The notes beneath the pieces were generated by a model. The model was not told the origin of the DNA. It made no database searches and was given only the letters and a program-made list of their open reading frames with translations. The position numbers were made by a program, and so were the translations under genes. From assembly GCA_046563655.1 (NCBI GenBank), contig CM102286.1:1054001-1118000 (forward strand): DNA of 64,000 nt, given 5' to 3'. Each line of letters opens with the position of its first letter. Within the stretch, counting starts at the first letter, position 1. Of the stretch, positions 39,464 to 51,492 are shown one piece after another. This stretch comes from Yuukianura sp. NJ FZ-2021. Taxonomy: Eukaryota.

Positions 39464-40280
39464 TTCGAATTTTTTTTTGAAACCTCAACTGCAATTCCAG
39501 CTTGTAATTTTTTTGAGGGTCTACGTTATTTTGTCTCTTGGCCGCTTGGGAATTTATTTTTAAACAAAATTTTTGACACTTTCTGAAAATCGGTTCGTTC
39601 GTGGCGAAATTAAAATTTGTTCAGCCTTTAATCTAAATCCTGCGATTAAACTTAAAAGCTAATGCGGAATTTAGCCGTGATTAACCATATCAATTCCACA
39701 AAAAAAAACGCGCGTTTCAATGCATTTCCGAAAAATAGTCGCAACTTAAAATTACGTTGTTGTTGCAATCTGTTTTCCTGTGACGCAGGTGACTTTCATA
39801 CGCTTTTGAATTTCAAAATCATTTGGTTTTTAAGGCTGACTAAAATTAGCTGCGTCTGAAGTTTGCTTTTCCAAATACTATGTACATATCATACTTTTTT
39901 TGAAAAGGGGTTTTGAATGTTTAAAAATAAAAAAGAATTACGAAAACAAAAGCCTTGAGACTAGGTTTTTTGGTGGATGCTTGCGGCGTTTTCTAAAAAA
40001 AATCTTTTTCAAACGACCAAACCAATTCAGAACACAACACACGTTTAGTTGTCTGCGCGGGATCAACACAACTTCAAGGCGTGTAAAAAATTAAAAAGGA
40101 ATTACAGTGAAATTAGGCACAAATTAAAAATCTATTAACCAAAGTTCTTGACAAGGTAGTGTCATTTAATTGATTAACATAATTTTTAAACATACAATAG
40201 CATATAACACACCACTTTTTCTTATTTTACAGAAACAAAACCAAACGTCCACCTCAAATACTGAACAAAAATTGTCAAAT

Positions 40281-40706
40281 ATGGCGTACAACAATCTTCT
40301 GGTCATCGTCATCACCTTGGTGTCCGGAATTTTAGTGGAGTTCGGCAAAGGTATGAAATTTAAAACTTTTTTTAAAAAGTTATGCTTTTCTCCCGTTCTA
40401 TTTGTGCTTTAAGCCTGATAAGTATATGTAATTTTTTTTTTGTTTTTAGGAGAAGGAGCTGCTTGTTACAAAGTGATTTCTGGCACTGATCTTTCTCCGA
40501 ATGCTAATGACCTTCTTCACCGTGACAATGTGTCTTTGGAGGCGTGTTGTGACCTTTGTGACAGGACACCGAATTGTCTAGGATACTCATACATTACGCT
40601 ACGTGGGCAATGCTACCTCAAATCAGCCTATGAGCCAAGGGTCTCAGGTCAAGGGGTCACTGGAGGGTTGTCAGCACGTGGATTTGCCGCCAGTATTGGT
40701 TGCTAA
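40281..40706 (+). CDS. Small secreted single PAN/apple-domain protein, 108 aa
   Basis: Exons 40281-40350 and 40450-40706. Signal peptide, then C...GTDL...SLEACCDLCDRTPNCLGYSY...GQCYLKS (apple/PAN_4 pattern). Confidence 0.85.
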
Positions 40707-40964
40707 GCTACCGCACTTATCAGGAACCTAACTTAAAGAAGCACACGGATATGTTAGTTTAAATTAAGCTTTTCTCACCAATTTGAATTTGAAAATCTCT
40801 GTAAATTCGCAATTTGAAAAAAGTACCTTTCAATTACAACAAACACTGCTAATTGGACAAAGTTTATTGGGTTTTGATTTTGAAAAAAACTAACAAAATT
40901 GCATTTTATTTCAAAATTTCATGGAAGTTCAGTAACATTTGGTTTTTGTTTGTGCTGTGAGGTG

Positions 40965-43395
40965 TTACAGACTTGGTGCACATGGTTGCTGGGTGTAAGT
41001 GAGACAAAATCCACGGTTGCCTGAGTCCCCATCGCTTTCTATTCCGTTCGTATGGTAAGTCAGACGAAAAGGTCTGACGTAACCTACAACAACATTTTTT
41101 TAATTTTCCAAAAACATCTTACGAAATCTTACGAAATTTTGGATTTTGAAAATTTAAGTTACTGAAAACTGGAGAAGCAAGGGTGTTCGTTTCACTGTTG
41201 AACACAGTTCCACAAATTCTGTCGGTGCAAACTTCGCGTCCCGTTTGAACCAACCGCCCAGAATTAGTTGCACAAGGAATTATCAACCAATCCGTCTAAA
41301 ATTAAAATTCGTATAAAAATTCTCATGCAAATTAAAAAAAATCGATTTAGCGATTCGTTTAAAGTTGTTTGACGATATTGAGAAACCGCGAAATTTCAAA
41401 AAAATAATAGCAAATGTATACTTACCGCACAAGCAATCCCAACCCTAGATCCCGCCTCTTTGCAATGAAAATTAAAAAACAAGCTATAAAATTCAAGGTG
41501 GGTAAACAAAGAAACAAATTGTTTATGCTACACCAGGTTGTCCAGTAAGTCGATGTTTTTAATTTTCTCAAATAATTTGCAAAACTTGCGTCGCCGTGCC
41601 TTTCTATGGTAATGATTTGTATGGAGTCTAATGGGAATTGGTTCAAAATTGGTTCAAAAAGTTGTTTGCATCAACATTTTTGGAAACCCTGAGGTACTGG
41701 ATAACCTGGTGTAGCAATTCAATCGGTTGCTATAGCAACCTTGTATAAAATTATTGGAGTTGTAAATGAATAAATTTATAAACTTAAAAATCGGTACCGG
41801 TCGCTGCTGTGTTGCCGGTAATTGAAAAAGCACGTGACCTCCTCGCTGGACCTTCTTCAGTACCGGTTTGAGCTTGCTGGTCTAAAAGTAAACTTTTATG
41901 AAACCTTTGATCGGTACAAACTCTATTAGTATGTTTCAGGGACTTACTGTCGGTACACCCTGTGTACCGAATTCCACAAAAGTTTCGTTCGAGCCGAATA
42001 CAAGAAGTGTAGTCTTGGTTAGCAAGTTGTTGACCTCCGACAAAGTCAAAGTTGTACGTTCGAATAGTTCCGGCAACACCAGTATAATACTGTAAACAGC
42101 CATCCGGAGCTCGGCTCTCCGACGGACAACGAATCTGCGTCACTTTGATTTTCCAAGTGCGCGAAAAAGTTGGACCGCTCGTAATTACTTGCATTCTGAT
42201 TGGTGTATTGTCTGGACCGACTTCAATGTACACTACAACGATGGTGGTTCATTTAAATATTTACAACAATTAATTTATATTAATTGTTATTAGTTTAACA
42301 TTTTTGTACTATGGTTTCCACTGTTGATGCCGCAAATGACAGGGACCACGCTTGTAGTTCCTGCGATCATGAACTGATCGTTGTTACAAACTCCGTTTAC
42401 GTTAGGTTGGGCAATGTTGAATGAATCAAAGTCCAGCCTAATTTTTAAATAGCAAGCACATTAACACTAAAATTCTAAATTTTAAATTTTCCACAGGTCA
42501 AAGGTCACCTGAATTGACAAACATCTTTTGCTGCTTTGTAAACCGTCATCTGACAGCTTCCTGTACCATCAAATGCTACTGGGTAGTTGGAATGAGTAAA
42601 GTAAGTGTTGTTCTGATAGGTTGAAGCACCGCAAGACTTGGAAACTACACAAATCAACTCAAAATTAAGTTGAACTTTTTAAAATTATGAATTTTGGAAT
42701 TTTTTGGAATTTTGTAAATTTTGAATTTTTTGAAACTACTGAACGTACAGACGCAGCACACTCCATAGCCCTGAGCACACTTCCCATTTGCAGCTCCCTG
42801 TCTACGCAGACATTCTCCTTGCGGGTAACAAGTTCCGTTGTCTCCTGATGTACTCATACACTATATGTACAACCAAGTTATGCTTTCATACTATTCTATT
42901 TAAATATTTTTATATAATATATTATAGTTCTAATATATCATTGATATATTTTTTATATAAGCAATAGCAATGTACCTGTGTATTGTCAAACCGGACGACA
43001 GTGAACAGCGACAGAACTTTGAAACAAAATTTAAAGTTTACAATTTACGTAAAGTTTAGACTGCAAAATGTAATGCGAAAGCTTAAAAATAAAATAAACA
43101 AAGATTTTGATTTTTTTTTTCAAAATTTTGAATGTGCCAAGAAATTTTGATTTTTTTTTAACTTACACCTTGGGTCTCGTCGATCCTCCTGGAAGTTACC
43201 TTCCATATCGTCTCTTCTTAGAGTTTCATTGCCTTGTGCCAGTGATATGCCAGGCGTACTGAAAAAATTGCTCAAAAATGGAACTGGCCGATTCCAAATA
43301 CTTCTTTGTTCCTGTGTAGTTTCAACCCTTGAAAAAATTACTCCAAGTAACGCTAAAGTTCCAAAAAGTTTGATTAAACTATCACACGACTTCAT
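40965..43395 (-). CDS. Secreted arthropod-type CUB-domain protein, 10 exons, ~432 aa
   Basis: Exons 43395-43167, 43016-42976, 42860-42749, 42644-42509, 42437-42310, 42232-41948, 41881-41798, 41457-41426, 41295-41163, 41083-40965 (1299 nt). GTCY...CAQGYGVCC, VCQFRLDF, ICGINSGNHMY, APDGCLQYYTG, NRGFCLTYTQQPC. Confidence 0.9.
41494..41743. mobile_element. CAAGG-MITE copy 1 (CUB gene intron 7)
   Basis: Ends caaggtgggta...tagcaaccttg, flanked by direct repeat tataaaatt (9 bp). Aligns end to end with 45114-45352 and 50442-50673. Confidence 0.85.
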
Positions 43396-44140
43396 TTTTT
43401 CAAATTCTAAACTTTTTTTAAACGTTTAAATTTTAGAACCACCAATAGTTTATGTACCCAAAACAAGTGTTTGTGGCCCACTAAAGTGAAAGTCAATCCT
43501 AACGTGAAATTTTGTCTAAAGCATAAGTGACATTCGTGTCATGTCCATTGTCACCGTTTTTCCTGCTTATGAGACACAAACAATTGAAGTGATGCTTCAA
43601 ATCCACGCATGCGTGATTCCAAACAGTAACAAATTTCTTTCTAACAATTACAAATTCATTAAATTTCCAACCCAGTAATTGGAAAATTATTGTCGAGAGG
43701 TCAGTGACCTGAGGCAGAAGAAGTCAACTTGTCATAAAATTGTAGCGGATTGGCATCAGAAATAGTTATTTTTACGGAGTACTTTTAAACGGAAACAAAA
43801 GTTAAAGTCCATCAATTTGTAATACAAAGGAACAACAGTCAACAACTGCGGTACATGATTACTTAATTTGAAATACCCTTGCGGTGACCAAACTTTCCAT
43901 GAGACGTGGTTTAAAAAGTTACTAAATTTATCAAAGGGGTTGGTAAAACGGGGTATATCTGTACGGGAGAAGCAAACAGCAAAAGTGTATAACTGGTCAG
44001 CCAAAAAATTCAACACGGTAATTGTTCAGAAAATGACAAAAACATCGAGTTTACAAAAGTGAAATTTTATAACAGGCTTTAAAAACGGACGGTGAAAATA
44101 AATTTATTTAACTTCTTTTCATAACGCAGTAGTTGCTTAA

Positions 44141-44713
44141 GGGGGGATGGGAGCCAGCGTTTACTTACGATTTGGTGTCAGCCATTGCCATTAGTAACAA
44201 AGCAAAATCACTGCTCAAACTTGCAAAAGTCGGCACTGTTTCCAATGGTTGACTAATCAAAGTTTTTCGCAGTGTAGCAATTCAAACAAACTAGGACTCA
44301 ACAATCAACTTGTATCCATGGAGACGGCTGATTTCAGTGCCGACATTTGCGAGTTGCTAAATAATGTCAGAATCACATCTACTTTTTCTTATAAGTGTCT
44401 TATTATAAAACCTAAAAATGCGTTTGAGGTGTCTAAAAATCCGGAACACCATGGTGGACAATGATCAGGGACCAATTTCCCAAATTTTGGTGTCATACAA
44501 TACTTAGACAAAATTGGACTTTGTATAGTATTTTTAGCATCGTTTAGCAGCAAAATATCAAATTCTGACCCCTGATAATTCTTCCTCATGTATCAACGAA
44601 TTTTTAGAGGTATTGTACAAATTTCTACGTCATTCCTGTGAGGACTTATAAGGCCTGCAAGTTAACCAATTTGAGCTAAAACGAGACCCCCCGTTGCTAA
44701 GGGATATGGGTCC
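44141..44713. mobile_element. Putative TTAA-flanked non-autonomous element (Kolobok/Crypton-like ends)
   Basis: Bounded by ttaa|gg...cc|ttaa and absent from the paralogous spacer at ~46990-47075. No clear long TIR. Confidence 0.45.
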
Positions 44714-45113
44714 TTAAATCGACTGATGAATTTACTTATTCGGAAGGTTTTGTGATAAATAATTTATAGTATTTATAGAAGTTGTAAAAATTTATAAAAA
44801 TTAGTAAGCCCCGCCTCTTTCCACTCATCCACCCAATTTTGTTATGACTCCTGCAATTCGCCGATTTCAAATTTGCGACGTCACTTTCCAAACTCTTCCC
44901 ATTTATGGAACTTTTATGACCCATAACGCTATCAGTCGTGTTTATAAATTTGGAAAATCCCAAACGTGAAGTCTCTACATTCCGTAAATTCTATAATTCC
45001 TATCAATAATTTATAACGCAAACTCCCTATTAAACAAAATATTTCCATAATAATTCCAATTGTGAATGTGATCCCATATATTTTTAAAATGCAAAAGAGA
45101 CGTTTGTTCAAAT

Positions 45114-45352
45114 CCAGGTTGGTAAGCAAGCAAATTGTTGATTCGTACAACAGGTTATTCAATAACTCGACGTTCTTTAATTTTGTTAAATAACTTACAA
45201 AATTTGCTTCGCCGTGCCTTTTCTATGGTGACGATTTGTATGTAATGTAACGGAATTGGCGCAAAAAATTGTCTTCACTCAAAATTTCGAGAACCCCGAT
45301 TTATTGAACAACCTGTTGTAAGAAATACAATTTGGTTGCTATAGCAACCTTA
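45114..45352. mobile_element. CAAGG-MITE copy 2 (3' flank of lectin A)
   Basis: 8-bp TSD gttcaaat at 45106-45113 and 45353-45360. The paralogous site near 47121 (tttgttcaaatcttggtgagaaatttg) is empty. Confidence 0.88.
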
Positions 45353-45397
45353 GTTCAAATCATGGTGGGAAATTTGAAGTATGACAAGCGAGATGGT

Positions 45398-46271
45398 TTA
45401 TTTCAGCACGTAAACTATCCATCGCTGATGAAGGTCATTCACATCCGCATTAATTGTCCGCAAATTGACGCCCGTCCTGCAATGAAAAATTTTTTTAGCA
45501 AGAAAAAGTTTCCTCAAGAGTAAAACTGAGGTTCTAATTTTCTTTTAAATACAAAATACCCATAATTTGACAGTGCTTTTCCAGTTTTGGCGTTGATCAG
45601 TTGGTCTTTGGTCAAATGCCAAAACTGCTCTTTTTTGCCATTGAAGCGTTCGAGAACAACGCGATGATTTTGGAAGTTATCTGCAAAGTAAAAACGAATC
45701 ACAAATATTTTGGAAAACTATGATAAATATGTTTCAAAGGAGTCGAGATCATAAAATTTTCTTACTCAAAGCAGACATCACAAAACTTTCATTGTCGGAG
45801 TCTTTGGTTTGAAGCCTGAATCCCCACGGTGGAAAGTGGTCTTCTAAAAATTTAAAGTTGCTTTCAATTTTGGGTTGTGGAACAAATATGTATTTGTCAA
45901 TCATTTCTAAAATTTTGGTAAAACTGTACCATCAAGGTAAGCTATCCATACTTGATGGTTACCATACCAGTTGTTACCCGACGTATGAATCATGTTTCCA
46001 TCTTCCAACTGAGAATATCTATTTTCAATGACCTGTGAACAATAAATCGTTAGAACATCACTTTTGGAAATTCTGGAAAGCAAGTGGAATGAAAGTATTG
46101 TTTAGAAAAGACCTGCTCATCAACTGCCCCTTTGAATTGAAACTGCACTCCTTGTCTCAATTCATCGCTGGGAAGGTGCGCATTGGCTTCTGTTTTTTCC
46201 TCAACTTCAAAGGTCGTGGTGTTCTCCAAACGGATAACGTATCGCTCACTAATGTTAGTTTTCTCAGACAT
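45398..46271 (-). CDS. Ricin-B-type beta-trefoil lectin-like protein A, 5 exons, 179 aa, no signal peptide
   Basis: Exons 46271-46113, 46032-45930, 45843-45766, 45680-45560, 45476-45398 (540 nt). Three QxW motifs (NHQVW, KEQFW, LHQRW) and LINAKTGKAL. Confidence 0.75.
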
Positions 46272-47169
46272 TCTCACGCACTGATACCTTCAAATTTGAA
46301 CTAATATACGCAACCAAAAAACAGCCATGTTTTATAGTTTTTTCGTGAAGTGAACCATTACCGAAAAAGTTCCATTACCTGCCCAAGCTCTTACGATTCT
46401 CCTTAAATATCTTCTACATAAAAGGAATTACGTTGCCACGCAAGCCAAGCATGTCACAAGCAGAAGCTGTTTACACTGACGCTTAAACTCAACTAAACTA
46501 TTAAACTAATTTTTTTTAAAGTTTACTGTAATTAAATTTCTTCTGCGATTGACCTTTTCGACAATAAAAGTTGCTGAGAGGTCATTAATACGAGGCAAAA
46601 AAATTCACTTGTCAAAAAATTGTGGAGGCTTCGTATCAGCAGTCACCCTTTTGACGAAGTGCAACAGGAACGCGAGAAAATTAAAGTCCATCAATTTGTC
46701 ATAAAATGGGTGCCACGCCATATTGAACAAATACGGTACATGTGGTCCTGGTCAGTCAATTTAAGGTGCTAATTGTACGTTTGCGGTAACTAACTTTAAT
46801 TGAGACGTAATTTAAAAAAAATGATAATATTTATAAACAAAAAACCAATGTGGGTTGCAAAACGAGATGAGATAGAGCGACTGGTCAGCCATAAAATTCA
46901 ACTTGAGAAATGTACCGTAATTGTTCAAAAAATGACACAACACGAGCTGCCATGCCAACAGAGAAACTCTAAAGCACGCTTTGAGAATGGACGTTAAAAA
47001 TACATTGGGTCATTGGCTTTTGTGCTAATTCGTGAACTTATTGAATACAATTTTTAACCAAAATATTTTCATGATAATTCCAATGGTGAGCCAATTTATT
47101 TTTCCAATTCAAACGACAAGTTTGTTCAAATCTTGGTGAGAAATTTGAGATGTGACAAACGCGTTTGGT

Positions 47170-48039
47170 TTATCTCAAATAAGTTACCCAATGTTGATGA
47201 AGGTCATTTACATCAGCATTAATTGTGCGCAAATTGACGCCACTCCTGACAAAATTAGCAAAAATAAGTTTTTAGAAAAAGAAATGGCTTTTGGATTTTT
47301 TTTTTGAAAAATGAAAAATACCCGAAGTTGGACAATGCCTTTCCAGTGCTGGCGTTGATGATTTGGTGATGGTTGGTACCCGGAACTTTGATCAAGTGCC
47401 AAAACTGATCTTTTTCGCCATTGAAGGCCTTGAGTACAACCCGATGGTTTTGGAAGTTGTCTGCAAATTAAAAACAAGTCGCATGAAATATTTTCAAAAA
47501 CTATGATTAACATTCTAGCATTAGTAGCATTTTATTTTCTTACTCAAAGCAGACATCACGAAACTTTCGTTTTTGGCGTCTGCTGTTTGAAGTTTGTATC
47601 CCCATGGTGGATTGTGGTGTTCTAAAAAATTCAAAAAAAAAATCTTTATTTAGCTAGTATGTAGTTTTCTAAAATTTTGGTAAAACTGAACCGTCCACGT
47701 AGGAAATCCATCGTTGATTGTCCCAGCCATTGCCACCCCACGTATGAATCATGTTTCCCTCTTTCACATGCGCTCCGTCATTATCAATGGCCTATGTAAT
47801 ACCAAATCATTAGAACAATACTTTTTAGAAATTTTAAAGTAGGTGGAATAAAAATTATTTTGAGAAAATACCTGGTCACCAACTGCCCCTTTGAATTCGT
47901 ACTTTTGCCCATCTTTGAATTCATCGGTGGGGAGGCTCGCATTGGCCGCTGTCTTTTCCACAACTTGAGGTGCGCCACCAGTCAGGGCGCTACTGGTAAC
48001 GATAACGTATCGCTCGCAAATATTAACTTTTTGAGACAT
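47170..48039 (-). CDS. Ricin-B-type beta-trefoil lectin-like protein B, 5 exons, 186 aa
   Basis: Exons 48039-47872, 47791-47692, 47621-47544, 47460-47322, 47245-47170 (561 nt). DNQRW, KDQFW, LHQHW. Intron phases match A. Confidence 0.78.
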
Positions 48040-48948
48040 CCTCAAACCGATGCTTTCAAATTTGAAATATTGTATAGCCAACAAAGCCTTTATTTTATAT
48101 TTTTTTCATAATCTGAACAATTACCGTAAAAGTTCCAATATCTGGCCAGGCTCCTATGATTAGGTAAGAGCATGTGCAGAAAATGCAATTCATATAAAGA
48201 GTTAACACGACCATACACAAACGCTACTGTGCCGTTATCTATCAACTGTCAAGGCATCAACTGAATTGAGTAAACTAGAATTATGCCCACATTGTCAATT
48301 GTGTCAACGTGCACAATGGTTGATGAGCGTTGGTTGAGTTAGGTTGAACTCAGCTTACATAATCGCGTGGTACGACACAAACGTGCCACTAGGCAGCAAG
48401 GTCTTTACAATAATACTTACCTACATGTTTATACTTATTTTTTATTTAAATTTGCGCTTAGCTAATGTAACATTGGACCACGTTTTTCGAAGCCGAGTAC
48501 ATAATTTGAACAACTACGGTACTTGAAGGTTTAATTGTTTCAAAAGGCTTCCGGTTAACCTTCGTGGTAAATTAAACCCGCTGCACAGTATTTGGAAATA
48601 CCACAATTAAGACGATATATTGTTTCAGCTCGATTGATAACAGGCGGGAAATTCAATTTAGCATGTCACGGGATTCCACAACAGGTGAAAATAATCTTTG
48701 TAGATGTGGTTCAGCTGGATCAAAAGCCAAATGACACGAGGCTGTACGGGTGCATGTTGGTCAAAATTATTTTAAACTTTCTCGCCTTAAACAACGGTTT
48801 CGCCAATTAAAAAAAAAGCACTTTTTGTCCAGTAACCCTTGTAAATTAAGTTTAATGCAGCAAACTTCTGTCGCATAAAACCCAATTTCAGAAAAAAGTA
48901 TTGGCTTTTTCTATAATAGAAGTTACTAAATTTTTGTAACTTTATTAA

Positions 48949-51492
48949 TTATTTTGAAATCACGAACTCGGCTGAAAAAAGTAGGGAAGCTACGGTGACC
49001 AAGGTGACGTAGATACATAGACCACAAAGGACGTAGTTACTGTCAATCGTCATGGCATTGTACTGGAACAATGACAAAGCTGGTCCAGCTCCATGTGCTT
49101 CCGATCCAGCTTCCTGTTTATCCGGTCCTGCTTGTCCATCCGGCTTTTGTCCATCCGGCCCATGTCCATCTGGCTTTTGTCCATCCGGCCCATGTCCATC
49201 TGGCTTTTGTCCATCCGTCCCATGTCCATCCGGCTCTCGCCCATCTGGCTCTTGTCCATCCGGTTCTTCCCCTCTTGAGCCTTTTCCTTTCGGCTCTTTT
49301 CTTTTCGGCCCTTTTCCTTTCGGCCCTTCTGATGGTGGCGGTTTACGCCTTGATCTCGGATCCAGCAGAACATTAAAAATTCCAGAATGGATGAGATGCT
49401 GAATTCTGGTATAAAATGTTCCAAGTCTATCCCACCCCATTCTGCCCATTTCCCAAATGTAAGTATGGTGCATGAACTTGTCTTTTCCAATATAAAATTC
49501 AGATTTTGAAGTTTTCGAAAGCCTTCCGTATAAATTTTTCAATTCTACTGAATTTCCTACAAAAATGGTTTTGTTGCATTTGCTCAATTCTTGCTCCATG
49601 GTTAAATTTGGAGAGTAAACAATACTAATACTGTTAAAAATCTTTTCGTATTTGGCTTCGTAAAAACTAACTTGATCTGGTTCAAGTGTACTTTTGTGGG
49701 CAAATTCCTCTGTGGGACCAACATACTGCCAGAGTGCTGTCAAAAATTGAGTTAAAACTCCAGCTTTACTCTGCTCCTCCATATATTCCAAAATAGTTTT
49801 CGAAATTTTAAGCGATTCTGAAATTTTAATGATTTGAAGTTGGCGGGTAGTTTTTGAAATGGGTGGAATTATGACATAGCCTTTGCTTACTGCTTCGTCT
49901 ATTGTTGTAATGTATTTAGTCGGAATTGGAGCTGTACTGTCAGTAGTGATTGTTGCTTTGTAAATATTTGCTACTAAAAGAGAAACAAAATTTACCAAGA
50001 GAATAAAAAGTTTCAAAAATTTTAACTTTTGCAATTTTGAAGAAAGTTGTGCATTCTGCTCCAAAATGATCTCGGCTTGAATGAAAAGTGGATCATCAGA
50101 AAGTTCCAATTTCCAAAAAACTAGTTTCAAAAAAATTGCTACAGCGGCAAAACTGAATCCAAAGGAAATCCAAGTTGACCAATGAAAACAGTGTTGAAAT
50201 ACACCGAAATCCATGTATTTGTGACTTCCATCACATGTTAACAAATTGTAAAAAGTTCCTCGCGTGTAGAAAAAGTAGTCGTCGCTAGTTCGGGCATCTT
50301 TAGAAGCCTGTTTTCCTGCCACATTTCGAGGATTAATGAAAACTTGCGAATTAGTTGAATATTTTGAAAACTTGAATGGAAAGGAATGAATTTTTGTAAA
50401 AATTAGTTGCGACTGAATTTGGAGAAAAAGTTGATCTGACTCAAGGTGGGTAAACAATAATTAAAGCTACATCAGGTTGTCCAGTAACTGGAACTTTTAA
50501 AATTTGTTTGAACAAAAAATTTTGACTTTCCATGGTAATTTTTTGCATGTGATGCAAATGGGATTGGTGCAGAATTGGTGCAGAAATTTGTTTGGAGTAA
50601 GATTTTTGGAAACCATGAGGTACTGGATAACCTCTTGTAGATTAATTGCAAATTGGTTGCTATAGCAACCTTGATCTGACTTGTTTTGGGGTAAAGCAAA
50701 AAGTTGGATCATTTGAAAATGAAATCCGTCTTTATCGCCTTGTAATCTACCTTTGTCACGTAAAATTTCATTAGTTGCTGCGTCTCGTACAACAATTTCA
50801 CCATTAGGTTCTCCAGTAGTGTAAATCAAGCCATGAAACATATATTCCCAAGTTATTTTACAGTAACCGGTTATTAAAATTTTGAAAAGAGTGTCCAAAA
50901 TGTGTCGCTGGATTAAAATTTCAGTTGAATTGACAACCAGTGTTGACAGAGCAGTTTCACATGGCACGTTGCTTCTAGTTACGAGGAGTGTTGCTTTTTC
51001 TGAAATCTCGTATATGAAAATTAGGTGAATTTTTGAGCTTACATAGGCGCCTGCCGTTGGTTTCAAAAATGGATGAGACTGATTTTTGAAAATCAATAAA
51101 TATGTTTGTCGCATACCGCAGTATTTCAAAGAATTGTTACAGTAAAAAAATTTGACCAAATTCATTCCAAGAGTAATTGCTGAAGTTCTTGTAGGATATA
51201 CAATTAAGATAAGTTGACAAATTTGATGGTTGAGTTGACTCTTTTGTGGTGCAGAAAAATTGGCAATTGCAATTTCGTATTTTGTAAGTTGAGGTCTCGG
51301 CATTGAATTTGGTGTTTGGTGGAACAACTGAACAACTGAAACGTCTTGACTTACAGAAAAAGTTGATTCGTCGAAGCGTATGATAGCATTTCTGCAGTCT
51401 TTGAAATCGCTGATGTCAATTTTCAAATTTTTATCAGATTTTGATGTTGTTACTACGGTAAGACAGTAAAATACAAACCCAAAATTTTTCAT
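48949..51492 (-). CDS. Divergent ionotropic receptor split by a MITE (possible new intron), ~769 aa
   Basis: Signal peptide. FQHCFHWSTW (M1), IILEQ (M2), LLVANIYKATITTD (M3), C-terminal M4. The two long ORFs join as LPQNKSDQLFLQ on removal of 50442-50673 plus one TSD. Confidence 0.78.
49120..49330 (-). repeat. 15-bp coding repeat (GxxPD / GxxPK pentapeptides)
   Basis: GPKGKGPKRKEPKGKGSRGEEPDGQEPDGREPDGHGTDGQKPDGHGPDGQKPDGHGPDGQKPDG. Confidence 0.9.
50442..50673. mobile_element. CAAGG-MITE copy 3, inside IR coding sequence
   Basis: Ends caaggtgggta...tagcaaccttg. Perfect 8-bp TSD atctgact at 50434-50441 and 50674-50681. Confidence 0.9.

Noticed and set aside
49050..49490. Overlapping repeat ORFs (CPSG and MDKS types)
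   Set aside because: Alternative readings of the 15-bp IR repeat.
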